From positions 1 to 57,428 of the forward strand of contig JAZKFH010000014.1 of assembly GCA_040386535.1 (NCBI GenBank): a stretch of DNA of 57,428 bases, given 5' to 3'. The notes beneath the pieces are model-generated. The model had not been told where the DNA came from. It saw only the letters and a list, made by a program, of their open reading frames with translations, and did no database searches. The translations under genes were made by a program, and so were the position numbers. Below, piece by piece: positions 47,301 through 55,658 of the stretch (its first letter is position 1; each line of letters begins with the position of its first letter). Source of the stretch: Myxococcota bacterium (GTDB lineage: Bacteria; Myxococcota_A; UBA796; SXON01).

Positions 47301-50300
47301 GTAGCCGCTCCGGGAGTAACCAGAGAGCGGCGCGGGGCGCGGCAGGGGCCGGTAGAGCGCGAGCTCGCGGTCGGGCTCGGTGAGCGCCACGGAGGCGCCC
47401 TCGGCGCCCTCGATGTGGCGCACCAGGTCGGCCACGGTGGGCGAGGTGGCGAACAACGAGCGCGGGATGCCGGTGAAGCCGGGCACGGCCTCGCCGAGCT
47501 TGGTGGAGAGCTCGGCCAACATGAGCGAGTCGAAGCCGAGATCGTCGAGGAGGCGCTGCTCCACGCGGAGCGCGTCGAGCGGGAACGCGGAGACCTTCGC
47601 CACGACGCGGAGGACGCGTGCCTGGATGTCCTCAGCGTCGGCACCGGGGCCGGACGCGGCGGGATCGCCGACGGGGGAGACGGACTCCGAGAGCTCGGGG
47701 GGGGCGTTGCGGGGGGGCTTGCCCCCCTGCCCCAAAGAACCGCCGTACACGAACTCTGCGGAGGTGCGCGCGCGGGCGGAGGGGTCCTGGATGACCCAGT
47801 ACGATTGCGTGGTGAACGGCGTGGGCGGCACGGACGCGAGGCCCTCGCCGAAGCCGGTCAGGTCGATGCGGTGGCCGTCGGCGGCGAGGCGCGCGAGCAC
47901 GCGGAGGAGGCCGAGGCCGTCGGTGTCGTTGTCACTCGCGACGGAGAGGACCTCCGCGTCGGGCACGACGCCGCGGGCAAACGCGGTGAGGGTCGCGCCG
48001 CTGCCGAGCTGCACGAAGATGCGCGCGCCGGCGTCCCAGCACTGTTGCAGGCCGCGCACGTACTCGACGGGCGAGGTGGCGTGCCGCGCGAAGATGGCGC
48101 GCACCGCGGCGGGCGAGGTGGGCGGGGTGGCCGCGATGCACGACGCCATCGGGATCGTGGGGGCGGCGAAGGTGACCTCGGCGAGGCCGCGGTCGACGTC
48201 ACCCTGGACCGACTCGAGCATCGGCGAGTGGAAGGCGTGCGAGACCGGGATGCGACGCGCCTTGAGGCCCGCGGCGGTGAGCGCGCGCACGGCGGCGTCG
48301 ACGTCGGCGGTGGGGCCGGAGATGACGTTCTGGCGCGGGTGGTTGCGGTTGGCGACCACGACCGTGGCGGGCAGGTGGGGCACGATCTCGTCGGCGGCGG
48401 CCATCACCGCGGCCATGGCGCCGTGGTCGCCGGGCATGGCCGACATGGCCTTGCCGCGGCTCGCGACGAAGCGGAGGGTGTCGCGGACGGGCGCGCCGCC
48501 GGCCAACGCGGCCGCGGTGAACTCGCCGAGCGAGTGGCCGAGTACGATGGCGGGGGTGACGCCGTAGCGGGCGAGCACGGCGGCCACGGAGACGCCGATC
48601 GCGAACATCGCCGGTTGGGCGATCTGCGTGTCGGTGAGGGCCTCCTCGGTGGCGTCGGGGGCCCAGATGTACTCGGTGAGGGGCCGCTCGGTGAGGTCGA
48701 GGACGGCGGCCGTGCACGTCGCGATCGACTCCGCGAAGTCGGGCAGGACCAGCCACTCGCGCAACATCCCGACCTTCTGCATGCCCTGGCCGGGGCAGAG
48801 GAAGGCGACGGGGACGGGCGTGGCGGAGTCGCCGAGGACGGTGTCGCGGTCGAGGGCGCCGCGGGTGGACGGGTCCTTCGCGAGGGCGTCGGCGGCGCGC
48901 TGGAAGCGGGCGGCGAGCTCGTCGAGGGTGCGGGCCACGATCGCCACGCGCACGGCGCGGCGCTTGCGCCCGAGGTTGAGCGTGTGGGCGACGGACGCGA
49001 GATCCCCGGCCTCCCCCACGGTCGCGGCGAGCTCGGCGCAGTGTTTGCCGAGGAGCGCGCCGTCGTCCGCGCTGGTGACGACGAGCAGCCCCGGCAGCGC
49101 GTGGAGGGGCTCGGGCGGGCGCCGGCCGACGAAGATGCGGCCCCGGCTCGTGGGAATGGAGCGGGCGCCGGGCGCCTCTTCGAGCACGAGGTGGCCGTTG
49201 GTGCCGCCGAAGCCGAACGAGGAGACGGTGGCGCGGCGGGGGGTCACGCTGCGCCACGGCGTCGCGACGGTGGGGACGCTGAACGTGCCGTCGTCGAGCT
49301 GGTGCAAGGGGTGCGGGGCGACCCAGTTCGCGAGGGGCGGGATGGTCTTGTGGTGGAGCGCGAGCACGGCCTTGATGAGGCCGGCGACACCCGCCGCGGA
49401 CATGGTGTGGCCGACGTTGGCCTTGGCCGAGCCGAGGGGAACCGGGGCCGCGGAAACGGACTCGCGACGCGACGCGTTGATCATCGCGCGCAAGGCGCCG
49501 AGCTCGGTCTTGTCGCCGACGGAGGTGCCGGTGCCGTGGGCCTCGACGTACCCGATCTGGTCGCCGGTGATGCCGGCGTCCGCCCAGGCCTGCGCGATGA
49601 CGGCCTCCTGGCCCTCGCCGCGGGGGCTCATCGGGCCGTCGCCCCGGCCGTCGTTGTTGCAGCCGCTGCCGCGGATCACGGCGTAGACGCGATCGTGGTC
49701 GCGCACCGCGTCTTCCAGGCGCTTGAGCATCACCATGCCCACGCCCTCGCCCTGCACGAAGCCGTCGGCCTCGGCGTCGAAGGGGCGGCACACGCCCTTG
49801 GCGCTGATGGCGCCGATGCGGGAGAACGCGATGAGGTTCTCGGGCGAGAGGTTCAGGTACACGCCGCCGGCCACCGCGGCGTCGATCTGGCCGTCGCGCA
49901 GGTAGGTCACGGCGTCGTGGATCGCCACGAGCGCGGAGGCGCACGCCGCGTCTACGGTGAAGGCGGGGCCGCCGAGATCGAGCTCCTGGGCCACCACCGC
50001 CGCGGACATGTTGCCGAGGGCGCCGGCCGCGGAGAACGCGCGGGTCTGCGCGACCCGGTTGACCGCGTCCGCCATCTTGCGCGCTTCTTCGGCGGACTCC
50101 GCGCCCTGGCCGAGCTCGCCCGAGGCCATCATCGCCGCGACCACGCGGGTGCTCATCAGGGAGCGGTACTCGGTGCACGAGAGGCCGAGGAAGGTGCCGA
50201 CGCGGCGGCGATCCAGCGCGCGGCCGAGCGTGCCGGGGCGGCTCGCGGCGTCGCTCGCGCGGTCGATCGCGGGGGCGTAGCCGGCGTCCTGGATGGCGTG

Positions 50301-50609
50301 CCACGACGCCTCGAGGACGAAGCGCTGCTGCGGATCCATGACCTCGACGCGGCGGGGCGGGATGCCGAACTCGAGCGCGGCGAAACGGCGCACGTCATCT
50401 ACGAACGCGCCGTGGGGCGCGTAGTAGCGGTCGGCCGCGCGCTGCACGTCGCTGAAGAACGCGTCGTGGCTCCACCGGTCGGCCGGCGGCGGGCCGAACG
50501 CGTGGCGCCCCTCGCGGATGAGCTGCCAGTAGCGCGACACGTTGGGGGCGCCGGGAAAACGACATGCCATCCCGACGATCGCGATCGGGCCACCGGACGT
50601 GCGGGCCAT
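44397..50609 (-). CDS. Type I PKS KS-AT-ACP-KR-DH fused to a PLP-dependent alpha-oxoamine synthase (SPT/AONS-like)
   Basis: KS DAACAS/HGTGT/GHT; AT GHSLG/HAFH; ACP LGFDSL; KR GGTGWLG/HAAG/YAAAN; DH HALMGRPTVP/DSALQ; AOS NYLG/EGVYSMDGD/DEAHS/GTLSKS. Confidence 0.95.
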   Translation of the reverse strand: MARTSGGPIAIVGMACRFPGAPNVSRYWQLIREGRHAFGPPPADRWSHDAFFSDVQRAADRYYAPHGAFVDDVRRFAALEFGIPPRRVEVMDPQQRFVLEASWHAIQDAGYAPAIDRASDAASRPGTLGRALDRRRVGTFLGLSCTEYRSLMSTRVVAAMMASGELGQGAESAEEARKMADAVNRVAQTRAFSAAGALGNMSAAVVAQELDLGGPAFTVDAACASALVAIHDAVTYLRDGQIDAAVAGGVYLNLSPENLIAFSRIGAISAKGVCRPFDAEADGFVQGEGVGMVMLKRLEDAVRDHDRVYAVIRGSGCNNDGRGDGPMSPRGEGQEAVIAQAWADAGITGDQIGYVEAHGTGTSVGDKTELGALRAMINASRRESVSAAPVPLGSAKANVGHTMSAAGVAGLIKAVLALHHKTIPPLANWVAPHPLHQLDDGTFSVPTVATPWRSVTPRRATVSSFGFGGTNGHLVLEEAPGARSIPTSRGRIFVGRRPPEPLHALPGLLVVTSADDGALLGKHCAELAATVGEAGDLASVAHTLNLGRKRRAVRVAIVARTLDELAARFQRAADALAKDPSTRGALDRDTVLGDSATPVPVAFLCPGQGMQKVGMLREWLVLPDFAESIATCTAAVLDLTERPLTEYIWAPDATEEALTDTQIAQPAMFAIGVSVAAVLARYGVTPAIVLGHSLGEFTAAALAGGAPVRDTLRFVASRGKAMSAMPGDHGAMAAVMAAADEIVPHLPATVVVANRNHPRQNVISGPTADVDAAVRALTAAGLKARRIPVSHAFHSPMLESVQGDVDRGLAEVTFAAPTIPMASCIAATPPTSPAAVRAIFARHATSPVEYVRGLQQCWDAGARIFVQLGSGATLTAFARGVVPDAEVLSVASDNDTDGLGLLRVLARLAADGHRIDLTGFGEGLASVPPTPFTTQSYWVIQDPSARARTSAEFVYGGSLGQGGKPPRNAPPELSESVSPVGDPAASGPGADAEDIQARVLRVVAKVSAFPLDALRVEQRLLDDLGFDSLMLAELSTKLGEAVPGFTGIPRSLFATSPTVADLVRHIEGAEGASVALTEPDRELALYRPLPRPAPLSGYSRSGYGHVTTGRVLVDPTIEALRTLSPGDLAVCVGNRASDGLLGFVRSLGREWPDHKVVVVYGTPADAARELAAAERDLVVSYVSGIRCVTGLEAFEPVPASVAGQRILVSGGTGWLGRVLAKALVDAGAEVVLLGSRHDPGDALADLGAAARYVRADVRGEIPPIDGIDGIVHAAGILADGPVGKADGAAAWDIKVNGLTRLVDACPGVKWVSAIGSYAAFFGNAYQTEYAAANDALVGVTRALSERGIAAQVQVWGPWADSTMVGTVPLPMRIAMREDGVVFVDTAQGARAFLRALGTTGEVVLGLDLPTTRRSLEVAEALSPDMPWLRDHALMGRPTVPMAMVLEWAVRLGSAVSPGQGAPMVRDLTLFDGVIVEKPLVARLRLDGERFRVLVGSKLAWEGRVTPAATLVAPPAPVGGSAAKTSLADFYSNHTFHGPLLQGIVAVGVLGEQHVTGKVRIGDSKAWGQDRWTFSPLAIDSALQLCGLWAFEKRQRAGFPVKVRAWTQRDVAADEVLDVAVTFEANTGDRFTGTVVLRRANGEVVAIGEGVEGELRALPGELAIAPEFTDFSRFPAWVDLDQRLQAALMLGIDNPYFKVLEGTARDVVEIAGKERVHFSGYNYLGFSGHPYVEQRVFEAVHKYGTSVSASRVASGERPIHLELEQRIAKALGVEDSIVFTAGHATNVTTVGHLFGPKDLILHDELIHDSVFQGMKLSGATRRPFPHGDTAALARLLEQLRPNFEKALIVVEGVYSMDGDICDLPAYVALKKRHKCFLMVDEAHSFGVVGERGYGVSEHFGVPGTEIDIWMGTLSKSLSSCGGYIAGSRVLVQMLKYTAPGFIYSAGLSPANTMAAIASLELMEREPESVKKLQSNARFFYKACQEHNLDTGPSAGESGVCPVIVGNSFHALLLSDALMKRGVNVQPILYPAVADNASRLRFFLSSLHSEAQLGWTAGVVAEELAKIRAANG

Positions 50610-50700
50610 GGTGGCCTCCGTGATGCTGGGCTCTTTGGGATGTCGCTGCGGGGCTGGGCTCTGCAGAAGCGGGACGCGCGGCCGGCGAACCGGCGGCGGA

Positions 50701-50940
50701 TCAGCCCCGGTTCTTCTCGATCAGGGCGACGAGGTCGCCGAACGTGTTGATGCGGACCATGACCTCGTCGGAGAACTGGACGTCCAGCTGGTCTTCGAGG
50801 TAGCCGACCATCTCCATGGTCGCGACGGAGTCCAGACCGAGGTCACGGATCTCGGTCTCGGGCTTGATGGTCGAGAGCTTGGACGCCTTGCTCGTGTCCA
50901 CCGCGGTGATCGCGGCCTTGATGAGTTCCATCGCTTCCAT
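50701..50940 (-). CDS. Stand-alone acyl carrier protein
   Basis: DLGLDSV phosphopantetheine site; acidic, ~79 aa. Confidence 0.92.
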   Translation of the reverse strand: MEAMELIKAAITAVDTSKASKLSTIKPETEIRDLGLDSVATMEMVGYLEDQLDVQFSDEVMVRINTFGDLVALIEKNRG

Positions 50941-50995
50941 GTGCACAATCCGAGTCGAGAGGGTTCAGTAGGGCAGGATTCAGTAGGCGGTACGG

Positions 50996-52828
50996 TCAGG
51001 AGGGCCGGTTGAAGACCTTGCTCGCGGCGTGGGTAGCACGTCCGAGCAGCGAACGGGCGAGGTGGCGGGCCACGGTGAGCTTCTCGCCGGTGGCGCCGAG
51101 CGTGCGGACGCCCTCCCCGCCGAGCTGGCCGGCGAGGTACTGCTCCCGCGTCTTGCGACGTTGAAGCTTGCCCGACGAGGTCTTCGGGAGCTGGCCGGCC
51201 GCGAGGAGGATCACGTCGGTCACCTTGAGGGACAGGCGATCCGCCACGATCGTGGCGATGGTCTCCTTCAGGTCGGCCGGGGGGTCGGCACGCGTCTCGG
51301 CGACGACCACGAGCTCCTCGCTCTCCTTGCCGGGGCGGGAGAACGCGACCACGTTGCCCTTGCGCACGCCGTCGATCTCGGCCACCGCCCACTCGATGCT
51401 CTGCGGGTGGTGGTTGCGGCCGTTCAGGATGATCAGATCCTTGCTGCGGCCCGAGATGAACACGTTGCCGCCGTGCACGAAGCCGAGGTCACCCGTGCGG
51501 AGCCAGACCGTGTCGTCGACCGTGCCGTCCGCCGGGGGGATCGGGCGGTACACCTCGGCGGTGGCGGCCTCGTTCTTCCAGTAGCCGTCCGTCAGCGAGG
51601 GGCCGGCGAACACGAGCTCGCCCTCGCGATCCTCGCCGAGCAGGTTGCCCTCCGGGTCGATGACGCCGATGCGGTGGCCCTTGAACGGCTTGCCGCAGCC
51701 GACGAAGGAGAGCGCGAGCGCGTCATCGTCGGGGTTGACCACCTTGCCCTCGCCGCGGAAGGCCTCCGCGTCGAGCAGGAGCACGGGGAGATCGGCGCCG
51801 ACGGGCGCGAACGACATGGCCAGCGTCGCCTCCGCCATGCCGTACGCGGGCATCGGCACGCCGGGCGCGAGGCCGCAGGGCGCGAAACGTTCGACGAACT
51901 CGATCATCACGCTCGCGTTGATGGGCTCGGCGCCGCAGCCGATGAGACGCACGCGCGAAAGGTCCCAGCTGGCGATGTCCTTGTCCGACGCGCGCTTGGT
52001 CGCGAGGGCGAACGCGAAGTTCGGCCCGAAGGACAAGGTGCCCTTGTAGTCGTGCATCGTCTGGAGCCAGACGTTCGGCCGCTTCACGAAGGAGAGGGTC
52101 GGGATGTACACCACGTCGGTCGCCTTGAAGAGCGGCGTGATGACGAAACCGATGAGCCCCATGTCGTGGTAGAGCGGCAGCCAGCTGATCGCCACGTCCG
52201 AGCCGAGCTCGAGGCCCATGCCCTCCGTCGCGATGGCCCAGCAGTTGGCGACCAGCGACTTGTGCGACACCATCACGCCCTTGGGGGCCGAGGTGGAGCC
52301 GCTGGTGAACTGGAGGAAGGCCAGATCGTCGGGGGTGATGTCGGGCAGCTCGCCGCCGCCCTTCTTGCTCGCGTCGAGCGCCTCGACCAGCACGAGATCC
52401 CGCAGCGTCGGCACCCGGGGGACGACCTGCCACAAGATCGACGAGAGCGCCTTGTCGGTCACGATGAGCCGGGCGCCGGCCACCTCGAGGATCGACACCG
52501 CGCTGTCGGCATACGCGTCGAGCTTGCCGAACGAGAGCGGCGGGAACATCGGCACCGGCACGAGGCCTGCGAGCAGGGCGCCGAGGAAGGTGATGACGAA
52601 GTCCTGGGGCTGCGAGAGCACCATGGCGACCCGGTCACCGCGGTTCAGCCCGTGGCCGAGCAGCGCGTGGGCCCGCACCTCGGCCGCGCGGTACAGCGCC
52701 GCGTAGGAGAAGAACGTCGGTTTGTTGGCGTTGTCGAGGAAGGTGTGCCCGTGTTTCTCCACACCGCGGATGCGACGGAGCGCCTCGACGACGGTGGCGG
52801 GGGCCTGGGACAGATCGACAGCCGACAT
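50996..52828 (-). CDS. Fatty acyl-AMP ligase (FAAL)
   Basis: LQFTSGSTSAPKG, SWLPLYHDMGLIG, YGMAEATL, RTGDLG, GRSKDLII, PKTSSGK. Confidence 0.93.
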   Translation of the reverse strand: MSAVDLSQAPATVVEALRRIRGVEKHGHTFLDNANKPTFFSYAALYRAAEVRAHALLGHGLNRGDRVAMVLSQPQDFVITFLGALLAGLVPVPMFPPLSFGKLDAYADSAVSILEVAGARLIVTDKALSSILWQVVPRVPTLRDLVLVEALDASKKGGGELPDITPDDLAFLQFTSGSTSAPKGVMVSHKSLVANCWAIATEGMGLELGSDVAISWLPLYHDMGLIGFVITPLFKATDVVYIPTLSFVKRPNVWLQTMHDYKGTLSFGPNFAFALATKRASDKDIASWDLSRVRLIGCGAEPINASVMIEFVERFAPCGLAPGVPMPAYGMAEATLAMSFAPVGADLPVLLLDAEAFRGEGKVVNPDDDALALSFVGCGKPFKGHRIGVIDPEGNLLGEDREGELVFAGPSLTDGYWKNEAATAEVYRPIPPADGTVDDTVWLRTGDLGFVHGGNVFISGRSKDLIILNGRNHHPQSIEWAVAEIDGVRKGNVVAFSRPGKESEELVVVAETRADPPADLKETIATIVADRLSLKVTDVILLAAGQLPKTSSGKLQRRKTREQYLAGQLGGEGVRTLGATGEKLTVARHLARSLLGRATHAASKVFNRPS

Positions 52829-52934
52829 GGGGTCCTCTTCTGGGATCTGGGGGGGCCGCACCTCTAGCACAGGGTGCCGACGTCGGCCAAGTGCCTGTTC
52901 CGAGATACACAATCAACCCGTGGGTCAGTTTGGT

Positions 52935-54167
52935 TTACGCACCTGGGTGCGTAATCGGAGCGCCGCCGTCTGGGCCAGCATCGGGGGCGGGCTCGGTCAC
53001 GAGCTCGAAACGGCCGTAGTCGAAGGGCACGCCCGGCGCGGACTCGACGGCCACGAGCCGCTCCCGCTTGCCGACGCGCGCGAGCTCGGAGGCGCGGTGG
53101 TGGCAATACGGCATGTTTCCACGCTTGCCGAGCAGGGTGTGCGCGGTCCACGAGCAGCCGCCCTTGCACTCGTCGGCGTAGTAACAGCCCTTGCAATACC
53201 CCCACAATTCGTCGGTGCCACCGCCAGGAAGGTCGCGATCGCGGGCGAAGCCGAGCGTGGCGGTGTTCCAGATGTCCGCGAGCGACGAATCGCGCAGGTT
53301 GCCCCCCACGTAAGGCACGCTCGGCAGGGACGGGCAGCCCTTCACGTCGCCGTTGGACTCGATGCCGAGCACGTGCCGGCCCGCGGAGCAGCCCTTCCAA
53401 TGGTCGAGCCGGATGAGGTGTTCGTACGGGCCGAAGTAGCCCAGGTTGTTGGCCGCCATCACCAGACACCCCTGGTCGCGGGCGCGCTCGGCCACCGCCG
53501 CGAGGCGTGGCACCAGATCCAACAGATCGTAGGGTTGGAGCAGCCAATCGGCGTGGTCGGCGGCGCGGCCCATCGGCCCCGTGATCTGCACCTGCCACGC
53601 GCGGATGCCACGCGCGAGCAGCACGTCACCGAGCGCCTCGACCTCGGGCAGGTTGAGCCGGTTCCATTGGGTGTTCGCGTAGGGGGACATGCCCGCGTCG
53701 GCAATGTGGCCGAGGGCCGCGAGGGCGGCGCGCCAGCTTCCCGCCACGGCGCGGAGCTTGTCGTGGGTGGGCTCCAGGCCGTCGACCGAGACGCTGACGG
53801 CCTGCATCCCGGCGTCGGCCGCGGCGCGCGCGAGCTCGGCGGTGAGCGCGCGCGCCCCCGTGGTCATCGTGGGGCGGATGCCCGCGTCGGCCACCGCGCG
53901 CACGATGCGCAGCCACCCGGGCGCGAGGTAGGCCTCGCCGCCGATGAACGCGACCTCGCGGGTGCCCATCGCGGCGAGCTGCGCGACGATGCCCAGCGCC
54001 TCGTCTACCGAGAGCTCGGCGGCACGGGCCTTTCCGGCGCGGCTGCCACAGTGGCGGCACGCGAGGTCACAGGCGAGCGTGAGCTCCCACACGACGTAGA
54101 GGGGGGCGAAGCGCTCGGTGGTGGGGATGCGACGCCGGGAGGGTGGGTTCGAGGCGGGGCTGGGCAT
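52935..54167 (-). CDS. Radical SAM/SPASM peptide maturase (GDL-associated / PlpX splicease-like family)
   Basis: WELTLACDLACRHCGSRAG, GGEA, SPASM CxxG..GCPSL..CxxCxxxxxCxGGC..PYC. Confidence 0.9.
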   Translation of the reverse strand: MPSPASNPPSRRRIPTTERFAPLYVVWELTLACDLACRHCGSRAGKARAAELSVDEALGIVAQLAAMGTREVAFIGGEAYLAPGWLRIVRAVADAGIRPTMTTGARALTAELARAAADAGMQAVSVSVDGLEPTHDKLRAVAGSWRAALAALGHIADAGMSPYANTQWNRLNLPEVEALGDVLLARGIRAWQVQITGPMGRAADHADWLLQPYDLLDLVPRLAAVAERARDQGCLVMAANNLGYFGPYEHLIRLDHWKGCSAGRHVLGIESNGDVKGCPSLPSVPYVGGNLRDSSLADIWNTATLGFARDRDLPGGGTDELWGYCKGCYYADECKGGCSWTAHTLLGKRGNMPYCHHRASELARVGKRERLVAVESAPGVPFDYGRFELVTEPAPDAGPDGGAPITHPGA

Positions 54168-54204
54168 CTGGGCCGGGCGTATACTCCGCGCGGAGGAAAA
54201 ACCA

Positions 54205-54570
54205 ATGACCCCCTGCTCCGGTTGCCACCGTCACCTGCGCGACGCCGACGCCACCTGCCCCTTCTGCAACACGACCCGCACGTCCGCGGTGACACGCGCG
54301 TTCAACGCGGTGGGCGGCGCGGTCACGGTGCTGGTGCTCGCGGCCTGCTACGGCGGGCCGGCGGACAAGTGGGGCCCCTACGACGACACCGGGGAGACGG
54401 GCGAGATCAACGACGATCCCGACGGAGACGGCTACGGACGGGACCAGGACTGCGACCCAGAGAACGCCGCGATCAACCCGGGCATGGCGGAGGACTGCAC
54501 CGACGGGCTCGACAACGAGTGTGACGGTAAGATCGACGCGGAGGATTCGGACTGCGCGGTGGAGGAGTAG
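54205..54570 (+). CDS. Zinc-ribbon-led lipoprotein, candidate rSAM substrate
   Basis: GGAGG SD; CxxCxRH..CPFC, hydrophobic stretch, LAAC-YGGP, C-terminal DCD..CxDGxDNxCDG motif. Confidence 0.85.
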   Translation: MTPCSGCHRHLRDADATCPFCNTTRTSAVTRAFNAVGGAVTVLVLAACYGGPADKWGPYDDTGETGEINDDPDGDGYGRDQDCDPENAAINPGMAEDCTDGLDNECDGKIDAEDSDCAVEE

Positions 54571-54665
54571 GGTTGTTGGGGGGGCGCCCGGGTGGGCGGC
54601 TGGCGGCTGGGCGGCCACCGAGGCCCCCCCCTGACGAGCAGGTACCCGCTCCGTGGCCGCGGGCC

Positions 54666-54980
54666 GGAACGGAGTCCGGCAAAGATCAAGCATCTCTCGA
54701 CTTCGATCCGCCGGCATGGCCACGGGATGCTTCGGTGAGGTCGGCGGCCCAACGGGGGCCGGGCCCGCCCGAATTCTTGCGGCTATCGGGGTCATGCCCC
54801 CGCCAGGGGGCCTTTTGCGGAGCCATGTCACCCCCAATGCACGCGGGCACCGCGTCCTCGGCGCATTCACGGCGTTTGCCCGTTGGCACCCGTGGCGCGA
54901 ATCGTCGTGGCCCGTTCAAAACGTTCATTCAACCCGGCATGGCTTCGAAACGGCGGCGTTCGGGGGGGCATGGGTCGGTC
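54666..54980. repeat. ~300-bp non-coding direct repeat, copy 1
   Basis: Shares AGCATCTCTCGAC, GGCGGCCCAACGGGG, CAATGCACGCGGGCACC, ATTCACGGCGTTTGCCCG, GGCCCGTTCAAAACG, GGCTTCGAAAC with copy 2. Confidence 0.88.
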
Positions 54981-55138
54981 CCCGGCGGCCGCACCCCGGG
55001 TTGGCGACCTCGATCGGGACGCCCGTGCGTGTCGCGAGGCCGTGCAGGCCGGCGGTCTGAGTGTGCGCGCCTGAACGGCGCCGAACGCGGTTCGGGCGGG
55101 GGAATACCTACGGGGGGCCCCACGTGGGATCGCGCACC

Positions 55139-55439
55139 GGACCGGGGTCCGCCGAGGACCGAGCATCTCTCGACTCCGGTCCGCCTGGGAGTCGACGGGA
55201 TGCCTTGAGAGCTTGGCGGCCCAACGGGGCCGGGCCCGCCCCCGTTTTTGGTCATGCCCACGGCAGTGGGCCTCTTGTGGAGCCACGTCACCTCAATGCA
55301 CGCGGGCACCGAGCCTCCGGCGGATTCACGGCGTTTGCCCGTCTCCGCCCGCGTCGCGAACCGTCGCGGCCCGTTCAAAACGTCCATCGAACCCGGCACG
55401 GCTTCGAAACCGCGGCGTTCGAGGGGGCATGGTTCGGTC
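55139..55439. repeat. ~300-bp non-coding direct repeat, copy 2
   Basis: See copy 1. Confidence 0.88.
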
Positions 55440-55462
55440 GGGGTGCTCCACGTCTGGGGGTT

Positions 55463-55620
55463 CCCGCGCCAAGGGCGCGGAGGGCAGCCGCCCCCGGCGG
55501 CTGGTCCGGCCGGGCGGGCGGGACGTCCGAACGCTCGGAGAATGCCATTTCGCCCGGCCGACCAAGCGGCGCCAGCCGCGCGCCCGGAGCCGACCTGCCC
55601 CGCGCCGCGCGGGGGCGCCC
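55463..55620. repeat. Dispersed ~156-bp multi-hairpin repeat, copy 2
   Basis: Matches 30281-30436 except the central loop. Confidence 0.9.
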
Positions 55621-55658
55621 CGCCCGATCGAGCGGGAGCGCCCAAACCAATTGACACC

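Noticed and set aside
44472..50750. 2092-aa + strand ORF and other long antisense or alternate-frame ORFs (e.g. 1485-3383, 24713-27379, 34249-36627)
   Set aside because: Stop-poor shadows of real high-GC genes; R/G/A/P- or V-rich, with no motifs
52829..54167. Radical SAM as a tailoring enzyme of the PKS cluster
   Set aside because: Co-oriented, but it is a SPASM peptide-maturase type with its own candidate substrate next door; adjacency is likely incidental
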